A stretch of 64,000 bases of DNA from a virus (lineage: Duplodnaviria > Caudoviricetes), in IMG/VR virus record IMGVR_UViG_3300001528_000407, positions 1 through 64,000 of that record, one strand, 5' to 3'. How positions within the stretch are numbered: the first letter of the stretch is position 1; each line of letters begins with the position of its first letter. The translations under genes and the position numbers were made by a program. A model generated the notes under the pieces. It was not told the DNA's origin, searched no databases, and saw only the letters and a program-made list of their open reading frames with translations. Below are positions 9,498 through 19,643 of the stretch, in pieces.

Positions 9498-12284
9498 CTA
9501 TAATGCGTAAACAGTAAGTTCCACCTCGCCCAAACCAGTCTCTGCACTGATGGTGGTATTCACCTTGTCGATAATGCACTTGATACCTCCGATATTCCAC
9601 CACTCCTTCCAATGGTTAGGAATATCGGCAACCTGCGCTACGGTAGTGGAGCAGCGTATCTTGTATTTCTTTCGATTGAGAAGGAAATAAGCGTATGGCA
9701 AGATGAACGTATCGAATAAGCCACGAGACTTAATCTTGGTAACGACATTTCCCTTATCGTCCACCTCGTCTGGGTCGCAAAGAACCACGTCCTTATATTT
9801 CGGGTCTTTCAGCCAGGATGGTTCCTTGTAGGCTCGTATCTTCAATGAGAATCTTTCGCCATTGCCAAGACCCTCCTGTACACCGTTGTAATCGAAGAGA
9901 TTACCCATCATATCGAGAGAGTCACAGGCAAGGGCGTATTTACCAACAGCCGTGCGCCACTTAGATGTACCAAAACCATCATAGTTGTAGTCGTAACTTT
10001 GTACGGTTGCATCACTACCACCTCCACGCATCATAGCAAGCGCAAAGCCCCAACGAGAATCATCTTGCAAAGGAGAATTACCATCGTCGGTGCCGGATGG
10101 GTCGTAGCTCTCTACTAGTTTTAGAGATTGCTGCATATAGAAATCGCAGAATGCAGTAGAAATCGTTTGATTGATGATTTGCTCGACAAACTCATGCTCC
10201 ATGTCCTCATCTACGTAAGCGCAAAGAATAGGTTGTCCATTCTCGATGGTGACACCATACTTCTTACCCGACGTAGTATCTACTGCCTCATGCGAGCCAT
10301 AGGCAGACTCTATCTCCTTGAAATAATTTACATCATTGAAAGGGACAGGAGTGAAGTCTATACTTATGTCCTGGATAAAGTCTTCATTCTCCTCGCTACA
10401 ATCTCCATATTCCACACCCTTATATTGGCCTACCTCGAAAAGAACAGGTTTTAAGTCGGATGTAGTAGTAGCATCGCCGTTTACCTTGACGCGATAAGCA
10501 TTACCAGTCTTTCGGTCGATATAGCAATGTTTGTCTCCACTACTCAAATTGTGGAAGAAATCAATATAGTCCATGTTATAGACCGTAGAATTATCTCCAC
10601 TATCAGGTTCAGGATAGTCAATATAGTTGTAATCGGTCTCATAATTCATGTTCTTATTCTTGCGACTATCCTTCACGTTTTGCTTCTGGTCCTTAGAGTC
10701 GCTTTCCTCGGAATACCTCATACGAACACCAGTGATCTTTTCGGTCATAGGCACGATAGAATGAATGTTCGCATGAAACGCCCTCGCCTCTTGACCGCTT
10801 TTGCGCAAAACATCACGAACGAGGTAGGCGGTTACTTTCTTCTGCTCGTAGTCGTAAGAAAACTTGATACCAAAAGCACTCTCAAGCGAACTAATCACAG
10901 TACTAACCGTTTCATCTGGAAAGTTGTCACTATTGGCAACCATGTAAAGCACGTTTGCCTGAACAGAAAACTTCTCGATTTGTGCCTCAATGGAAATACC
11001 TGTAACCTTTCCTCCCTCTTCGGTTGTCTCACCCACCTGCACATGCTCCGATGTACCATCTGGTTTCTTTAGGGTCAGTTCCTGGGTATCTTTGTCCTCT
11101 GCTTTTACGATGTTAATCTGACCTCCACAACCACGAGAACTAAGCCAGCCATTAATTTGTGCCTGATTACTGAAATACCCAGTTTTAATTTCTCCAACTT
11201 TCTTTTTTTTGGCGATAACCTCTTCATCAGTCTCTGTATAGTAAGTCCCATGATGAGGATGCTGCATTGTGTCGTAAGCACACACCGTTGTGAAGAAACA
11301 AAGATGTTTAAAATCTTCTATTTCAAGTAAAGCTGATTTATCAAATGACACACCTAAATAATCAAAAAGACAATCAAGAAAATAGAGAACGTAGAAACAG
11401 ATTCCAGACTGCGGCCGATTAGCGTCCAAAACCCAATACGGATAAAGGTCTTCGTTGGTCCAAGTGCAATCTTTTGTCGATATAACATCGCTGGCAGTTT
11501 GCCCATCCTCATCAAGCCCATGATGTTTATAACAAACACGAGCATTACAATAGGCTGCTGCACGTCCTGCCAAATCCGTCTCACCGTAAGATGCAGAAAC
11601 ATTAATATAGTTGCCATTGATAGCTGCTTCTGGAACTGATATTTCGTGATTATTAGGGTATGTTCTTGTCGTTTTGAGCTTTGCAACACCATAAAAGCCA
11701 GGAATCTCCACACAAGTAGCAGGATAGGAAAAACCAAGAGCTTGTGGCTCTAATACCTTGCTTACGCTTACATGTGCCGCTTGTATTTTTCTCGTCTCAT
11801 TCTTATCATGTTTATGTTTACCTCCCTCGATAAAAACATTCACCTTAACAACAGGGTCACTCTCAATATCCACTCTCACGTTTCCTATCTTCTCGCCGAT
11901 GATGATAGTATCTTTCACAGGAATATCACGACAATTCAGCGAACCGATAAGGTCACTGAAACTCTGTGTGCTGGCATCAATATTCATCGAGAGCGAGTTG
12001 GTAATCTCCTCATCATCCTGCATCACCAAGGTGCCGCTACGGAAAGGCAAGCCATCGGCATAAATCTTAGTTGGCTTGTGCTCCAGGTTGACAGCACGGA
12101 TAGACGCACGAGGGTCTTCGATGTTCTTCAGTAGCCATCGGTTGCCATCAAGAGGCAAGGTGAATGGATAGGAAAACATCTCGGTATCATTGAACACAGG
12201 GTTGGAGTCCTCTATGTCGATAGAGAAATCAGAACTCTGTGCAGCAGGCTTATCGTCGATTAATATAGTAAGATGCGATTTCAT
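9498..12284 (-). CDS. Large putative tail protein
   Basis: 928 aa ORF; N-terminal FSIDIEDSNPVFND..FSYPFTLP resembles phage tail hub/baseplate proteins of Bacteroidetes phages. Confidence 0.6.
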   Translation of the reverse strand: MKSHLTILIDDKPAAQSSDFSIDIEDSNPVFNDTEMFSYPFTLPLDGNRWLLKNIEDPRASIRAVNLEHKPTKIYADGLPFRSGTLVMQDDEEITNSLSMNIDASTQSFSDLIGSLNCRDIPVKDTIIIGEKIGNVRVDIESDPVVKVNVFIEGGKHKHDKNETRKIQAAHVSVSKVLEPQALGFSYPATCVEIPGFYGVAKLKTTRTYPNNHEISVPEAAINGNYINVSASYGETDLAGRAAAYCNARVCYKHHGLDEDGQTASDVISTKDCTWTNEDLYPYWVLDANRPQSGICFYVLYFLDCLFDYLGVSFDKSALLEIEDFKHLCFFTTVCAYDTMQHPHHGTYYTETDEEVIAKKKKVGEIKTGYFSNQAQINGWLSSRGCGGQINIVKAEDKDTQELTLKKPDGTSEHVQVGETTEEGGKVTGISIEAQIEKFSVQANVLYMVANSDNFPDETVSTVISSLESAFGIKFSYDYEQKKVTAYLVRDVLRKSGQEARAFHANIHSIVPMTEKITGVRMRYSEESDSKDQKQNVKDSRKNKNMNYETDYNYIDYPEPDSGDNSTVYNMDYIDFFHNLSSGDKHCYIDRKTGNAYRVKVNGDATTTSDLKPVLFEVGQYKGVEYGDCSEENEDFIQDISIDFTPVPFNDVNYFKEIESAYGSHEAVDTTSGKKYGVTIENGQPILCAYVDEDMEHEFVEQIINQTISTAFCDFYMQQSLKLVESYDPSGTDDGNSPLQDDSRWGFALAMMRGGGSDATVQSYDYNYDGFGTSKWRTAVGKYALACDSLDMMGNLFDYNGVQEGLGNGERFSLKIRAYKEPSWLKDPKYKDVVLCDPDEVDDKGNVVTKIKSRGLFDTFILPYAYFLLNRKKYKIRCSTTVAQVADIPNHWKEWWNIGGIKCIIDKVNTTISAETGLGEVELTVYAL

Positions 12285-12305
12285 CTGAATAGTAATTTTT
12301 AGAGA

Positions 12306-12950
12306 TTATCTTTTGATGTTCAATTTTGCTTTATCGTAAAGGGTTATCAAGCGAGAGGTGAAGCTATTGATGGTAGCCTTACCATACGCATAGATGGCAT
12401 TATGCCCTCGGTCTTGCAAGGTACCATCCGTGATGCGCACCGTAGCGTGCTCACCGCATTCTGCATCGCTACCAGTGGTAAGCTGGGAATAACCCTTGGC
12501 GATGGCATAACCCTCCTTGATGGTGGCTCGGCTGTTATCCAATAGCTCTATCTTGCAATCGGGATTCATCGCCAAGGCAGATGCTTGCAGATGCAGCACC
12601 ACATGAGCCTTACCTAAGACGTAAGCAGTACGGGCAAAAGAAAGATGAATAGGCTCGTCGCTATCGCCTACCAGCACATAGCCCGTTCGAGAATCCTCAT
12701 TATAGAATATGCCAGCCGCATTGATTTCCGCCTTGAAGTCGGGATAGAAATCCTTGAAGGCTTGCACTACTTGCAGAGGTACCTCGGTTATCATACCATG
12801 CCAATACTTATGCCAGGCTTCGCACATCTCCTTGATGGTCGATGTCTCGCCAAAGTCATGCTGCGAGGCTTCGCAGTTACCACTCTGGGCAAGAATGCCG
12901 ATGCAGAGCTGCTTAAAGCGAAGAGCCTTTTCTTCTTTCGTTTCGGTCAT
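12306..12950 (-). CDS. Hypothetical phage protein
   Basis: 214 aa ORF; the C-terminal half has short beta-helix-like repeats. Confidence 0.6.
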   Translation of the reverse strand: MTETKEEKALRFKQLCIGILAQSGNCEASQHDFGETSTIKEMCEAWHKYWHGMITEVPLQVVQAFKDFYPDFKAEINAAGIFYNEDSRTGYVLVGDSDEPIHLSFARTAYVLGKAHVVLHLQASALAMNPDCKIELLDNSRATIKEGYAIAKGYSQLTTGSDAECGEHATVRITDGTLQDRGHNAIYAYGKATINSFTSRLITLYDKAKLNIKR

Positions 12951-12984
12951 AGTTTCTTTTAAAATATCCTAAAATATTTGTTAG

Positions 12985-13018
12985 GTTGTTGTTAGGTCGT
13001 TTGGAACCTAACAACAAC
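12985..13018. other. Perfect 13-bp stem-loop in an intergenic gap
   Basis: GTTGTTGTTAGGT-CGTTTGGA-ACCTAACAACAAC; the T-run lies on the + side, so it is not a classical terminator for the - strand operon. Confidence 0.6.
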
Positions 13019-13037
13019 TTTTCGTATCTTTGCAGAT

Positions 13038-14207
13038 TTATTTGCTCTTATTATCTGCTTTCTTGCCCGTCTTATCCTTGGATGCTTCATCGGGCTTAAT
13101 CTCATCGGTGCTGCCCACCTCTTCGATAGCCTTGGTAAGGATAGCTTCATATCCCACCAATTCGTCTTCGCTCACGATGTCGCTGTACTCGTTGCGCAAC
13201 TTGTCGATGCGCTCCTTGATACCCTTCACTCGCTTCTGGGTAGCGGTCTTATCCTTTCGGATGATATACTTGATGAGGGCATCGGCTTCTGCCTTGTGCT
13301 TGGCGGCTGCATCACGCTGTGCCTTCACCTCTGGACGGTCGTTGGCTATCTTTTCGGCAATGGCAGCGGCGAAGCGTGGGTCTCTACCTTGTGCCTTCTC
13401 GAAGAACGGCTTGAACTGGGTGCGAAGCTCCTGTGGGTCGATGGTGAAAGTCTTCTTGACGTAATTGATATATTCAGGGTCGCCAGTCTTCTCGCTCAAT
13501 CGAAGGTAACACTCACCCATCTCTCTATCCACATCGGTGTAGATGGCTGGCAGGATGTCGCTCTCTATCTCGGTGGCACGAGTAGCGAGGGTAGCGATTT
13601 CTTCCTCGGTATAGATGGCACTCTTTTTTTGCGAGATAGCCTTTTCGTTTGCCTCTACCATCGTCTTGGCTTGCTCTGCCTTGCTTGCCATCTCGTTGCG
13701 AAGGTCTCGAACGGTGTTGATGCGCTCCTGTAATGCCTTCGAGAGGAATGGACGGATTTGCATCAAATTAGGCATGGTGGCGGCGATGCTCTCGCCGTTA
13801 GGGTTGGCGACGATACCATTGTAGGTGAGCTGCTGCACGCTGGTGTCTGGCTTCAAGTCTGGAAAGATGGATTGCTTTGCTGCTTCCAGGGCTTTCTGCT
13901 TCTGTTGCTCGGCATAGGCGGCTTGCTCCTGCTTGGTAGGACGGCCAACGTGTCGCTTGTTATTGGATGATGATGCAACCGATGTGGTATCGGCGGTTTG
14001 CAGGTATGTCACCATCTGACGCACTCGGCGATGGAAGTCTCTGAATCGGCGTGCATCCTTTACGAATGATGCAGCCTTGGTAGTATTCTCCAGGAGAGAT
14101 AGACCTTGCTCGAAAGCCTCTCGCTGATCGGTGGTAAGCATTCTCGCACCAATGGCAGGAGCGAGAATCTGCACGATTTGTTCCGTTGATAAAATATTGT
14201 TTGCCAT
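13038..14207 (-). CDS. Hypothetical helical phage protein
   Basis: 389 aa ORF, coiled-coil rich. Confidence 0.65.
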   Translation of the reverse strand: MANNILSTEQIVQILAPAIGARMLTTDQREAFEQGLSLLENTTKAASFVKDARRFRDFHRRVRQMVTYLQTADTTSVASSSNNKRHVGRPTKQEQAAYAEQQKQKALEAAKQSIFPDLKPDTSVQQLTYNGIVANPNGESIAATMPNLMQIRPFLSKALQERINTVRDLRNEMASKAEQAKTMVEANEKAISQKKSAIYTEEEIATLATRATEIESDILPAIYTDVDREMGECYLRLSEKTGDPEYINYVKKTFTIDPQELRTQFKPFFEKAQGRDPRFAAAIAEKIANDRPEVKAQRDAAAKHKAEADALIKYIIRKDKTATQKRVKGIKERIDKLRNEYSDIVSEDELVGYEAILTKAIEEVGSTDEIKPDEASKDKTGKKADNKSK

Positions 14208-14477
14208 AAATCCTTATTTTGTTTATTTGAATTTTAAAGATATTTTTTACCCGTTTTTGGCTTAATATTCGATTAAACGTCATATTAAGCGATTTTGATA
14301 ATGCTTGAAACGACATTAAATACGAAATAAGCCTTTTCAGCTATGCGTATTCATGAAGAATGCAATGCGGACACTTATAGTCAGTCGCTCTTAAGGCGGG
14401 TACCTTACCCCCCCAATTTTGCCACTCCTTGCGGTGGCTAATGGGGTGTACCGATGATGATAAGTTTATCATACACT

Positions 14478-15635
14478 TTAGCACAGGATAGGGGTGACGA
14501 ATATTCGGGAGCCAGCTTGGTTGTTCTGATAACCTTCACTGCTGTTATCCTGGGTATCTTTGGTATCATCCACCTTGCCGGTCGCTTCTTGATCGCTATC
14601 TGCATCAATTTTGGCTTGCGCCTCGGCTGCCTCTTTCTTCAGCAGTCGATGAATGCTCTCCCTTACGGTAATGGCATCGTTATGGGCGGTGGAGCGAGTC
14701 AGCTTGTCGAAGTTGATAACCGATGTACGCTCCTTGAGATAAGCGGCTACGAGTTGGCGAGCCTTTTTGAGCATCTTATCGTCCTCGCTTGCTTGTAACA
14801 GGCGAGGGATGAAGTCTTCACCAAAGGCTTCCTCCAGATATTCGCTCTGAATAAAGCGCATATCGGGGATAAGGCGCACAAACTTATCTCTGTTTCCGTA
14901 GATGTCGAGGTATGGCTGCAAACTCTCGCAGGTAGGGAAGAGCAAGTCTGAATGGTAATAATAGTACGTGCTTTCCTGCCACAGCAAGACTATCTCCCCG
15001 ATGGCTTGCAGCTTCTCTGCCTCGGTTTCATTATCGGAAGAGGAATTATCGCTATCCGATGTATCGGATGAACCTGCGTTATCGGAAGAATCTGTATTAT
15101 CAGATGAACCTGCGTTATTAGAAGAACCTGCCTCGTTCGCTGCACCATCGCCCGATAATTCATCAATCTCCATCGGGGTATTCACTTTCTTAGCCCAGCT
15201 CTCCAGGAGGGAAAGCAGGTTATTGAGCGAGGTCATGGCTGTCTGACGATAGCTTTCCTTACCCTGGCTTATCTGTTTATCGGTTGCCACGGAATAGTCG
15301 TTGCTCGAAGCCACATTGATGCCGGCACCATTAACCGACAAAACTTGCTTCTCAATATTCTTTTCCATCGCATCGTTGGCAATCATGCGTTGGGCGTAAA
15401 GTAAGACCTCATTCCAAGGATTCTTATCGTAATCGCCATTGATAACTGCATCGCAGAAATCGGCAGGGTCTATACCTCGGTAATACTCGCACAGACGATT
15501 ATAGAGAGAATCGCCTAAGCGAGGCTTCAAGAAATCCTTTTCGCTGTTGTCGAGCATACCCTGCAAGTTGGCTACCTCATCCACAGCGTTGCTGGGGAGG
15601 TGAAGCCGAAGTTCTTGATTCGTGAAGAGTATCAT
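14478..15635 (-). CDS. Putative head-tail connector / head completion protein with a low-complexity insert
   Basis: 385 aa ORF immediately downstream of portal; internal NAGSS/DNTDSS repeats. Confidence 0.5.
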   Translation of the reverse strand: MILFTNQELRLHLPSNAVDEVANLQGMLDNSEKDFLKPRLGDSLYNRLCEYYRGIDPADFCDAVINGDYDKNPWNEVLLYAQRMIANDAMEKNIEKQVLSVNGAGINVASSNDYSVATDKQISQGKESYRQTAMTSLNNLLSLLESWAKKVNTPMEIDELSGDGAANEAGSSNNAGSSDNTDSSDNAGSSDTSDSDNSSSDNETEAEKLQAIGEIVLLWQESTYYYYHSDLLFPTCESLQPYLDIYGNRDKFVRLIPDMRFIQSEYLEEAFGEDFIPRLLQASEDDKMLKKARQLVAAYLKERTSVINFDKLTRSTAHNDAITVRESIHRLLKKEAAEAQAKIDADSDQEATGKVDDTKDTQDNSSEGYQNNQAGSRIFVTPILC

Positions 15636-15673
15636 ATTTTTTATCTTTTTCGTTTAACACTATTTTTTTTTAA

Positions 15674-15758
15674 AACAGATATATCTGTTGTAAGCAAGGA
15701 GATATATCTGTTATAAGCAAGGAGATATATCTGTTGTAAGCAAGGAGATATATCTGTT
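15674..15758. repeat. 23-bp tandem repeat with palindromic core
   Basis: AGATATATCTGTT(G/A)TAAGCAAGG at 15677, 15700 and 15723, partial copy at 15746; core AGATATATCT is a palindrome. Confidence 0.92.
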
Positions 15759-15774
15759 TGATAAGAGCATTGCC

Positions 15775-15885
15775 ATACCCTATAGATAGGAACTACTATT
15801 CCTATGATAGAGGAATAGGTATTCCTATCATATAGGAACTACTATTCCTATGGTATAGGAACTACTATTCCTATCTATAGGGTAT
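15775..15885. repeat. 23-bp-period array of palindromic units, enclosed by an outer inverted repeat
   Basis: ATAGGAACTACTATTCCTAT at 15786, 15832 and 15855, variant at 15809; flanks ATACCCTATAGATAGGAA / TTCCTATCTATAGGGTAT. Confidence 0.92.
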
Positions 15886-15895
15886 CGGGGTGCCC

Positions 15896-17710
15896 TTACT
15901 CCTGCCCTTGTTTTGCAACACCTGTTTTTGAGTTATCAAGAGTAGTCAACACCTCCCTGTCTATCTGCCAAACCAGATGCTCATCCCAGTCATTAAATCG
16001 GGAAATAACCTCCAAAGGTCTTAACATCGCCTGCTGCAATGGAGCAAACTGGATTTGCTTCACCAGGAATCGCTCTCTAAGGTCGGTACCACCCGATGAT
16101 GCAGTATCGCCAGGCGTGTTTCCGATGAGCTTGGCATCGAGACCCATGGCAAAGAAAATGATGCTTGAAATCTCTTGCAACTCGGACTTGTCGGCTTTCG
16201 CCTGGTCGTTGGCCTTGCTTTCGATTTCCACGATTTCCCAAGCCTTGTGCTCCTTGCCATCGCTGCCCGTGAATGCGGAAGAGACGAGAGCCTGACCCGC
16301 ATTGTCGGGGTTGGCGAGCCACGTATTAATCGACGTAAAGATTTCGTTCTGAATCTCGCCGATGGTTTTCTTCTTTTCCTGTCCCTGCTGTTGGTAGAGC
16401 TTGTTGATGTAGTCTTGATGGATGTAAATCACTCGCCCGATGATGTTGCTATTGCGCTTTCGGGTAAGGCGATCATCTACGATAGTAAAGGCATACTCAA
16501 AGATGCTGCCCGCAAAGATGGAGTGCCAACTTGCCTCGGCATAGTATGGACCACCGTAATCTCTTGGCGACATGATGAATCGGGTAGGGCGTTTCTTTAC
16601 TGCCACCCGCTTCTGTCTCGCCTCACGTATGTGTCGCTGCAAATCTTTCACTGCCGATGTGTTCTGCAAGAAAGGAATGGCAGATACCTTGCGGTCTTCC
16701 TCTTTCAGCGTGTTGGCAGATTGGGTAGAATCGAGCCACTGGTTAGAGACATACGCATAGTTGATGCGATAATTAGGGTCTTGTCGCTCCAATCGGGTGG
16801 TAAAGATACTGCGGTGCTTCAAGCCAATCACGCTTGGCTTCCAGTTGGCTGTATCTACCGGCTTGCCGTCCTCGCTCATCTGACGTTGGTTCAACTGCAA
16901 TTCGGCAAAGCACTGACTCATCAGAGCCATATCACCAGCCATATTGAGGTAAGTCTGCATCAAGTCGTTTTCTTCGATGAATTGGCGCACCTTCGCATTC
17001 GTGTCCTCCCATTCCGTCAAGGCATCTTTGAGAGATTTCATCTCCTCACTGTCCTCATCTTGTGCAGGATAAGAAAGATTGAGAGAGATAGGCTTTTCTT
17101 CTGAAGTATCATTCTCGGCGGATGCGTTCTGCTGCTGTTGTTGCTCGGCTTGCTGACGCTCTAGGCGAGCTTTCTCTTCCTGGGCTTTCAACTCGGCGAT
17201 TTGACCTCGAAGCAAGACACCTGCCGTCTCGTAAGGGATGTACTTCTCTGTGATGTTGCCACCTACATACTGGGTGTAGTGATACTTAGGCACCGGACCA
17301 CGACCTACCAAGATTTTCTTGATGAAGTCGAATCCAGCCGCTGTGAATGGCGACATTCGAGTAAGCATCCATACGATGTTAGGCTTGCGGTTGCCCAATC
17401 CCCATTCCATGTAACCGAGGTTAGGGGAACCTGCGCCCTTTGGCTTGTTAAAGCTCTCGCCGCCGCTCGAAGCAAAGATGCTCGATACCTGTTGGCGAGC
17501 CGCACTACCTTCACTCGAACCGCTTGCGCTCATACCTGCCTCGCTAAGGAGCATGGAGCGCACATAGTCGTTCCAAGAGAACACCTTATGTCCTCCGTTC
17601 TTGGGCGACACATAGGCATCAGGGCGCACTGCTACATAGCCTGCTTGCTTGAGTTCCTCACTACGCTGTTGGAACTGCTGCAAGTTTGTGACTCTGTTTT
17701 TCTGTCTCAT
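15896..17710 (-). CDS. Portal protein
   Basis: 604 aa; YMEWGLGNRKP near the N-terminus and IIFFAMGLDAKLIGNTPG...SGGTDLRERF near the C-terminus fit Bacteroidetes phage portals; assignment uses motif memory and context. Confidence 0.7.
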   Translation of the reverse strand: MRQKNRVTNLQQFQQRSEELKQAGYVAVRPDAYVSPKNGGHKVFSWNDYVRSMLLSEAGMSASGSSEGSAARQQVSSIFASSGGESFNKPKGAGSPNLGYMEWGLGNRKPNIVWMLTRMSPFTAAGFDFIKKILVGRGPVPKYHYTQYVGGNITEKYIPYETAGVLLRGQIAELKAQEEKARLERQQAEQQQQQNASAENDTSEEKPISLNLSYPAQDEDSEEMKSLKDALTEWEDTNAKVRQFIEENDLMQTYLNMAGDMALMSQCFAELQLNQRQMSEDGKPVDTANWKPSVIGLKHRSIFTTRLERQDPNYRINYAYVSNQWLDSTQSANTLKEEDRKVSAIPFLQNTSAVKDLQRHIREARQKRVAVKKRPTRFIMSPRDYGGPYYAEASWHSIFAGSIFEYAFTIVDDRLTRKRNSNIIGRVIYIHQDYINKLYQQQGQEKKKTIGEIQNEIFTSINTWLANPDNAGQALVSSAFTGSDGKEHKAWEIVEIESKANDQAKADKSELQEISSIIFFAMGLDAKLIGNTPGDTASSGGTDLRERFLVKQIQFAPLQQAMLRPLEVISRFNDWDEHLVWQIDREVLTTLDNSKTGVAKQGQE

Positions 17711-17787
17711 AGTGGTTTAACTTTTTGTTTTTATCCTGAATATGTTTTGTTTTGCCGAACGGTTACAACCTATTCGGCTGAATGATT

Positions 17788-18873
17788 TTACTTTCGTCTC
17801 ATCTTTTCCATCTCCTCATTTTCCTTGGAGAGACGTTCCAGGTGTTCGAGAACCAAGGAGTAGCTTTGGTTGTTCACCTGGTCTTCGGTCAGCCCTGCAT
17901 ACTTCTGCATCGTGGCAGTGGTGGCCGTGTAAATCTCCAAAGGAGTAGATGGCTTCTGCTTCTTTATCGGCTGCACTTTGAATACATGAGGGAATCGCTT
18001 GCTAAGAACGTGCATCGTACCCGTCCACCAAAACAGGATAACCTGCCATTGCGTATCGGGGAAGTCTTGGAAGTAGCAAGCGTTCTTGGTGCATTGGTCC
18101 AACTCGTAGTGATAATCGTACTTCACCATGCCGGTGTTGCTATCCACGAACTGTGTTACGCCGTTAAAGATGATGGCGAGAAACATCGCCTTCGCCTTAT
18201 TCACATTCTGCACCTGCTGCATCATCTGCTCCTCAGAGAAAGTACCTCGCTCCTTCATCTTGATAAGGGAGTTGGAAAGTTGGGTATAAGTACCCATCAT
18301 ATCCGATGCAAAACGATATTGCGCCCAAGAGAAACCATCCAGGTCTTGATGTGGTCCTTGAAAGGTTTTCACCCTACGGTACCATTTGCGCTTTCGCTCG
18401 ATAAAGTCGTAGGGTAGGGTAGTAAGATACATACCGTTCTTATTGTCGAGCCAATCGAGAATACCTGCACCTTGGGCGATATATTCAGCCGAGTTCTTGT
18501 TGTCGGTCTTCGCCTTAGAATCAAGCCAATACTTAATCTGCCAAACATAGAGAGGGAAGAGTCTTTCATCATCCTCCACCTTGACTTTCTTCTTAGGCTT
18601 GTATGGCTTGCCGTCCTTGCTCTGATAACAGAGATAGTATTGTTCGCCGATAGGCATTCGCTTGTCGGGGTAGGCGACGATTTGCAGGTCGGCAAGGGCA
18701 AAGAACATAGCTATCTTGACCGTTTCCATCGAGAAGGGATGGTAACGGTCTTGTCGCTCTATCTGCTCCCTCATCACATCAGCGATAAGTTCCAGTTGCT
18801 TTCGAGAGCAAAGGTTCCAATGCTTCGGGAGAGATAGATTGATGCGCCGCGGTTGGTTATTCGATATGTTCAT
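17788..18873 (-). CDS. Hypothetical virion-associated protein
   Basis: 361 aa ORF between endolysin and portal. Confidence 0.6.
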   Translation of the reverse strand: MNISNNQPRRINLSLPKHWNLCSRKQLELIADVMREQIERQDRYHPFSMETVKIAMFFALADLQIVAYPDKRMPIGEQYYLCYQSKDGKPYKPKKKVKVEDDERLFPLYVWQIKYWLDSKAKTDNKNSAEYIAQGAGILDWLDNKNGMYLTTLPYDFIERKRKWYRRVKTFQGPHQDLDGFSWAQYRFASDMMGTYTQLSNSLIKMKERGTFSEEQMMQQVQNVNKAKAMFLAIIFNGVTQFVDSNTGMVKYDYHYELDQCTKNACYFQDFPDTQWQVILFWWTGTMHVLSKRFPHVFKVQPIKKQKPSTPLEIYTATTATMQKYAGLTEDQVNNQSYSLVLEHLERLSKENEEMEKMRRK

Positions 18874-18924
18874 ACTTTTCTACTTTAGTACTTTTCTACT
18901 TTCGTACACTGATACCTTAGTACC

Positions 18925-19479
18925 TTAAAACTCAATGATAATGCCCTTGTTGGTAGTAAGAGAGCCATACTTGATAGCTTCAAGTCGGCGCAACCAACCA
19001 TTGATATATTTCTTCTGTGAAGGATTATTCCTCACGATACCCTCATAGAATTGCTTGCGGCGAGCCTTTAGGCGATTGAAGAAAGTCTTCGGGTTCTGAC
19101 GGTTGATAGCTGCAATCGTCTGCTTGCCTGGGATGCCATCGGCTTTCAAGCCAAGCATACTTTGAGTGATGGTGATGGAAGGTGTACCGCTGCACCATAT
19201 CCAATCCACAAGAAGGTTAGCAATGCTCTGATCTTTGATTTCATCTGCACGCCATCGTTTCCAATAGCATCGGCGCATAACTTCGGTGGCATCGGCATCC
19301 GTGATGAGTTTGAGATCATCCACGTCGATGTCGCCGTCTCCGTCCTTGTCGTAGCCTTGCATGCGCCAGGTAGCGATGGTTACACCTTTGTTAGTTGCAC
19401 CACCACGGTCTTTGGGGTCATTTACAAAACCTCCCTCAAAGGAGAGAATGAATTTTGCTATAGGGTCTATCTTTGCCAT
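18925..19479 (-). CDS. Endolysin, glycoside hydrolase family 108 with peptidoglycan-binding domain
   Basis: EGGFVNDPKDRGGATNKGVT catalytic motif; C-terminal DGIPGKQT...KYINGWLRR. Confidence 0.9.
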   Translation of the reverse strand: MAKIDPIAKFILSFEGGFVNDPKDRGGATNKGVTIATWRMQGYDKDGDGDIDVDDLKLITDADATEVMRRCYWKRWRADEIKDQSIANLLVDWIWCSGTPSITITQSMLGLKADGIPGKQTIAAINRQNPKTFFNRLKARRKQFYEGIVRNNPSQKKYINGWLRRLEAIKYGSLTTNKGIIIEF

Positions 19480-19503
19480 ATCTTATTTTCTTTTTGTTTA
19501 TGA

Positions 19504-19542
19504 TGCAAAGATATAAAAAGAGATTTTTATGGTAGGGACAAA
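19504..19542 (-). promoter_or_regulatory. Extended promoter TTTGTCCC-N21-TATCTTTGCA (copy 2)
   Basis: Reverse complement TTTGTCCC TACCATAAAAATCTCTTTTTA TATCTTTGCA, 25 bp upstream of the endolysin start. Confidence 0.75.
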
Positions 19543-19543
19543 G

Positions 19544-19590
19544 GAAGCCTCCCCGCGGCTTGGTAAGCGCAAGGAGGCTTCAAAAAAAAC
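19544..19590 (-). terminator. Rho-independent terminator ending the LysR-linked cassette
   Basis: GAAGCCTCC...GGAGGCTTC stem; a T-run of 8 lies on the gene-proximal side in - orientation, so polarity is uncertain. Confidence 0.55.
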
Positions 19591-19643
19591 ATCAACCTTA
19601 AAAGTATTGTTATCCCAATCTTTTTACTTGTATTCGCTTGCAC

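Noticed and set aside
8239-9612. 457-aa KAS with an extended N-terminus
   Set aside because: The first 44 codons overlap the upstream tail gene; the KAS fold starts at MKKDRILITG (9480).
15674-15885. Possible CRISPR array or mini-array
   Set aside because: Units are directly adjacent with 0-3 nt linkers and no unique spacers, and no cas genes are in the window.
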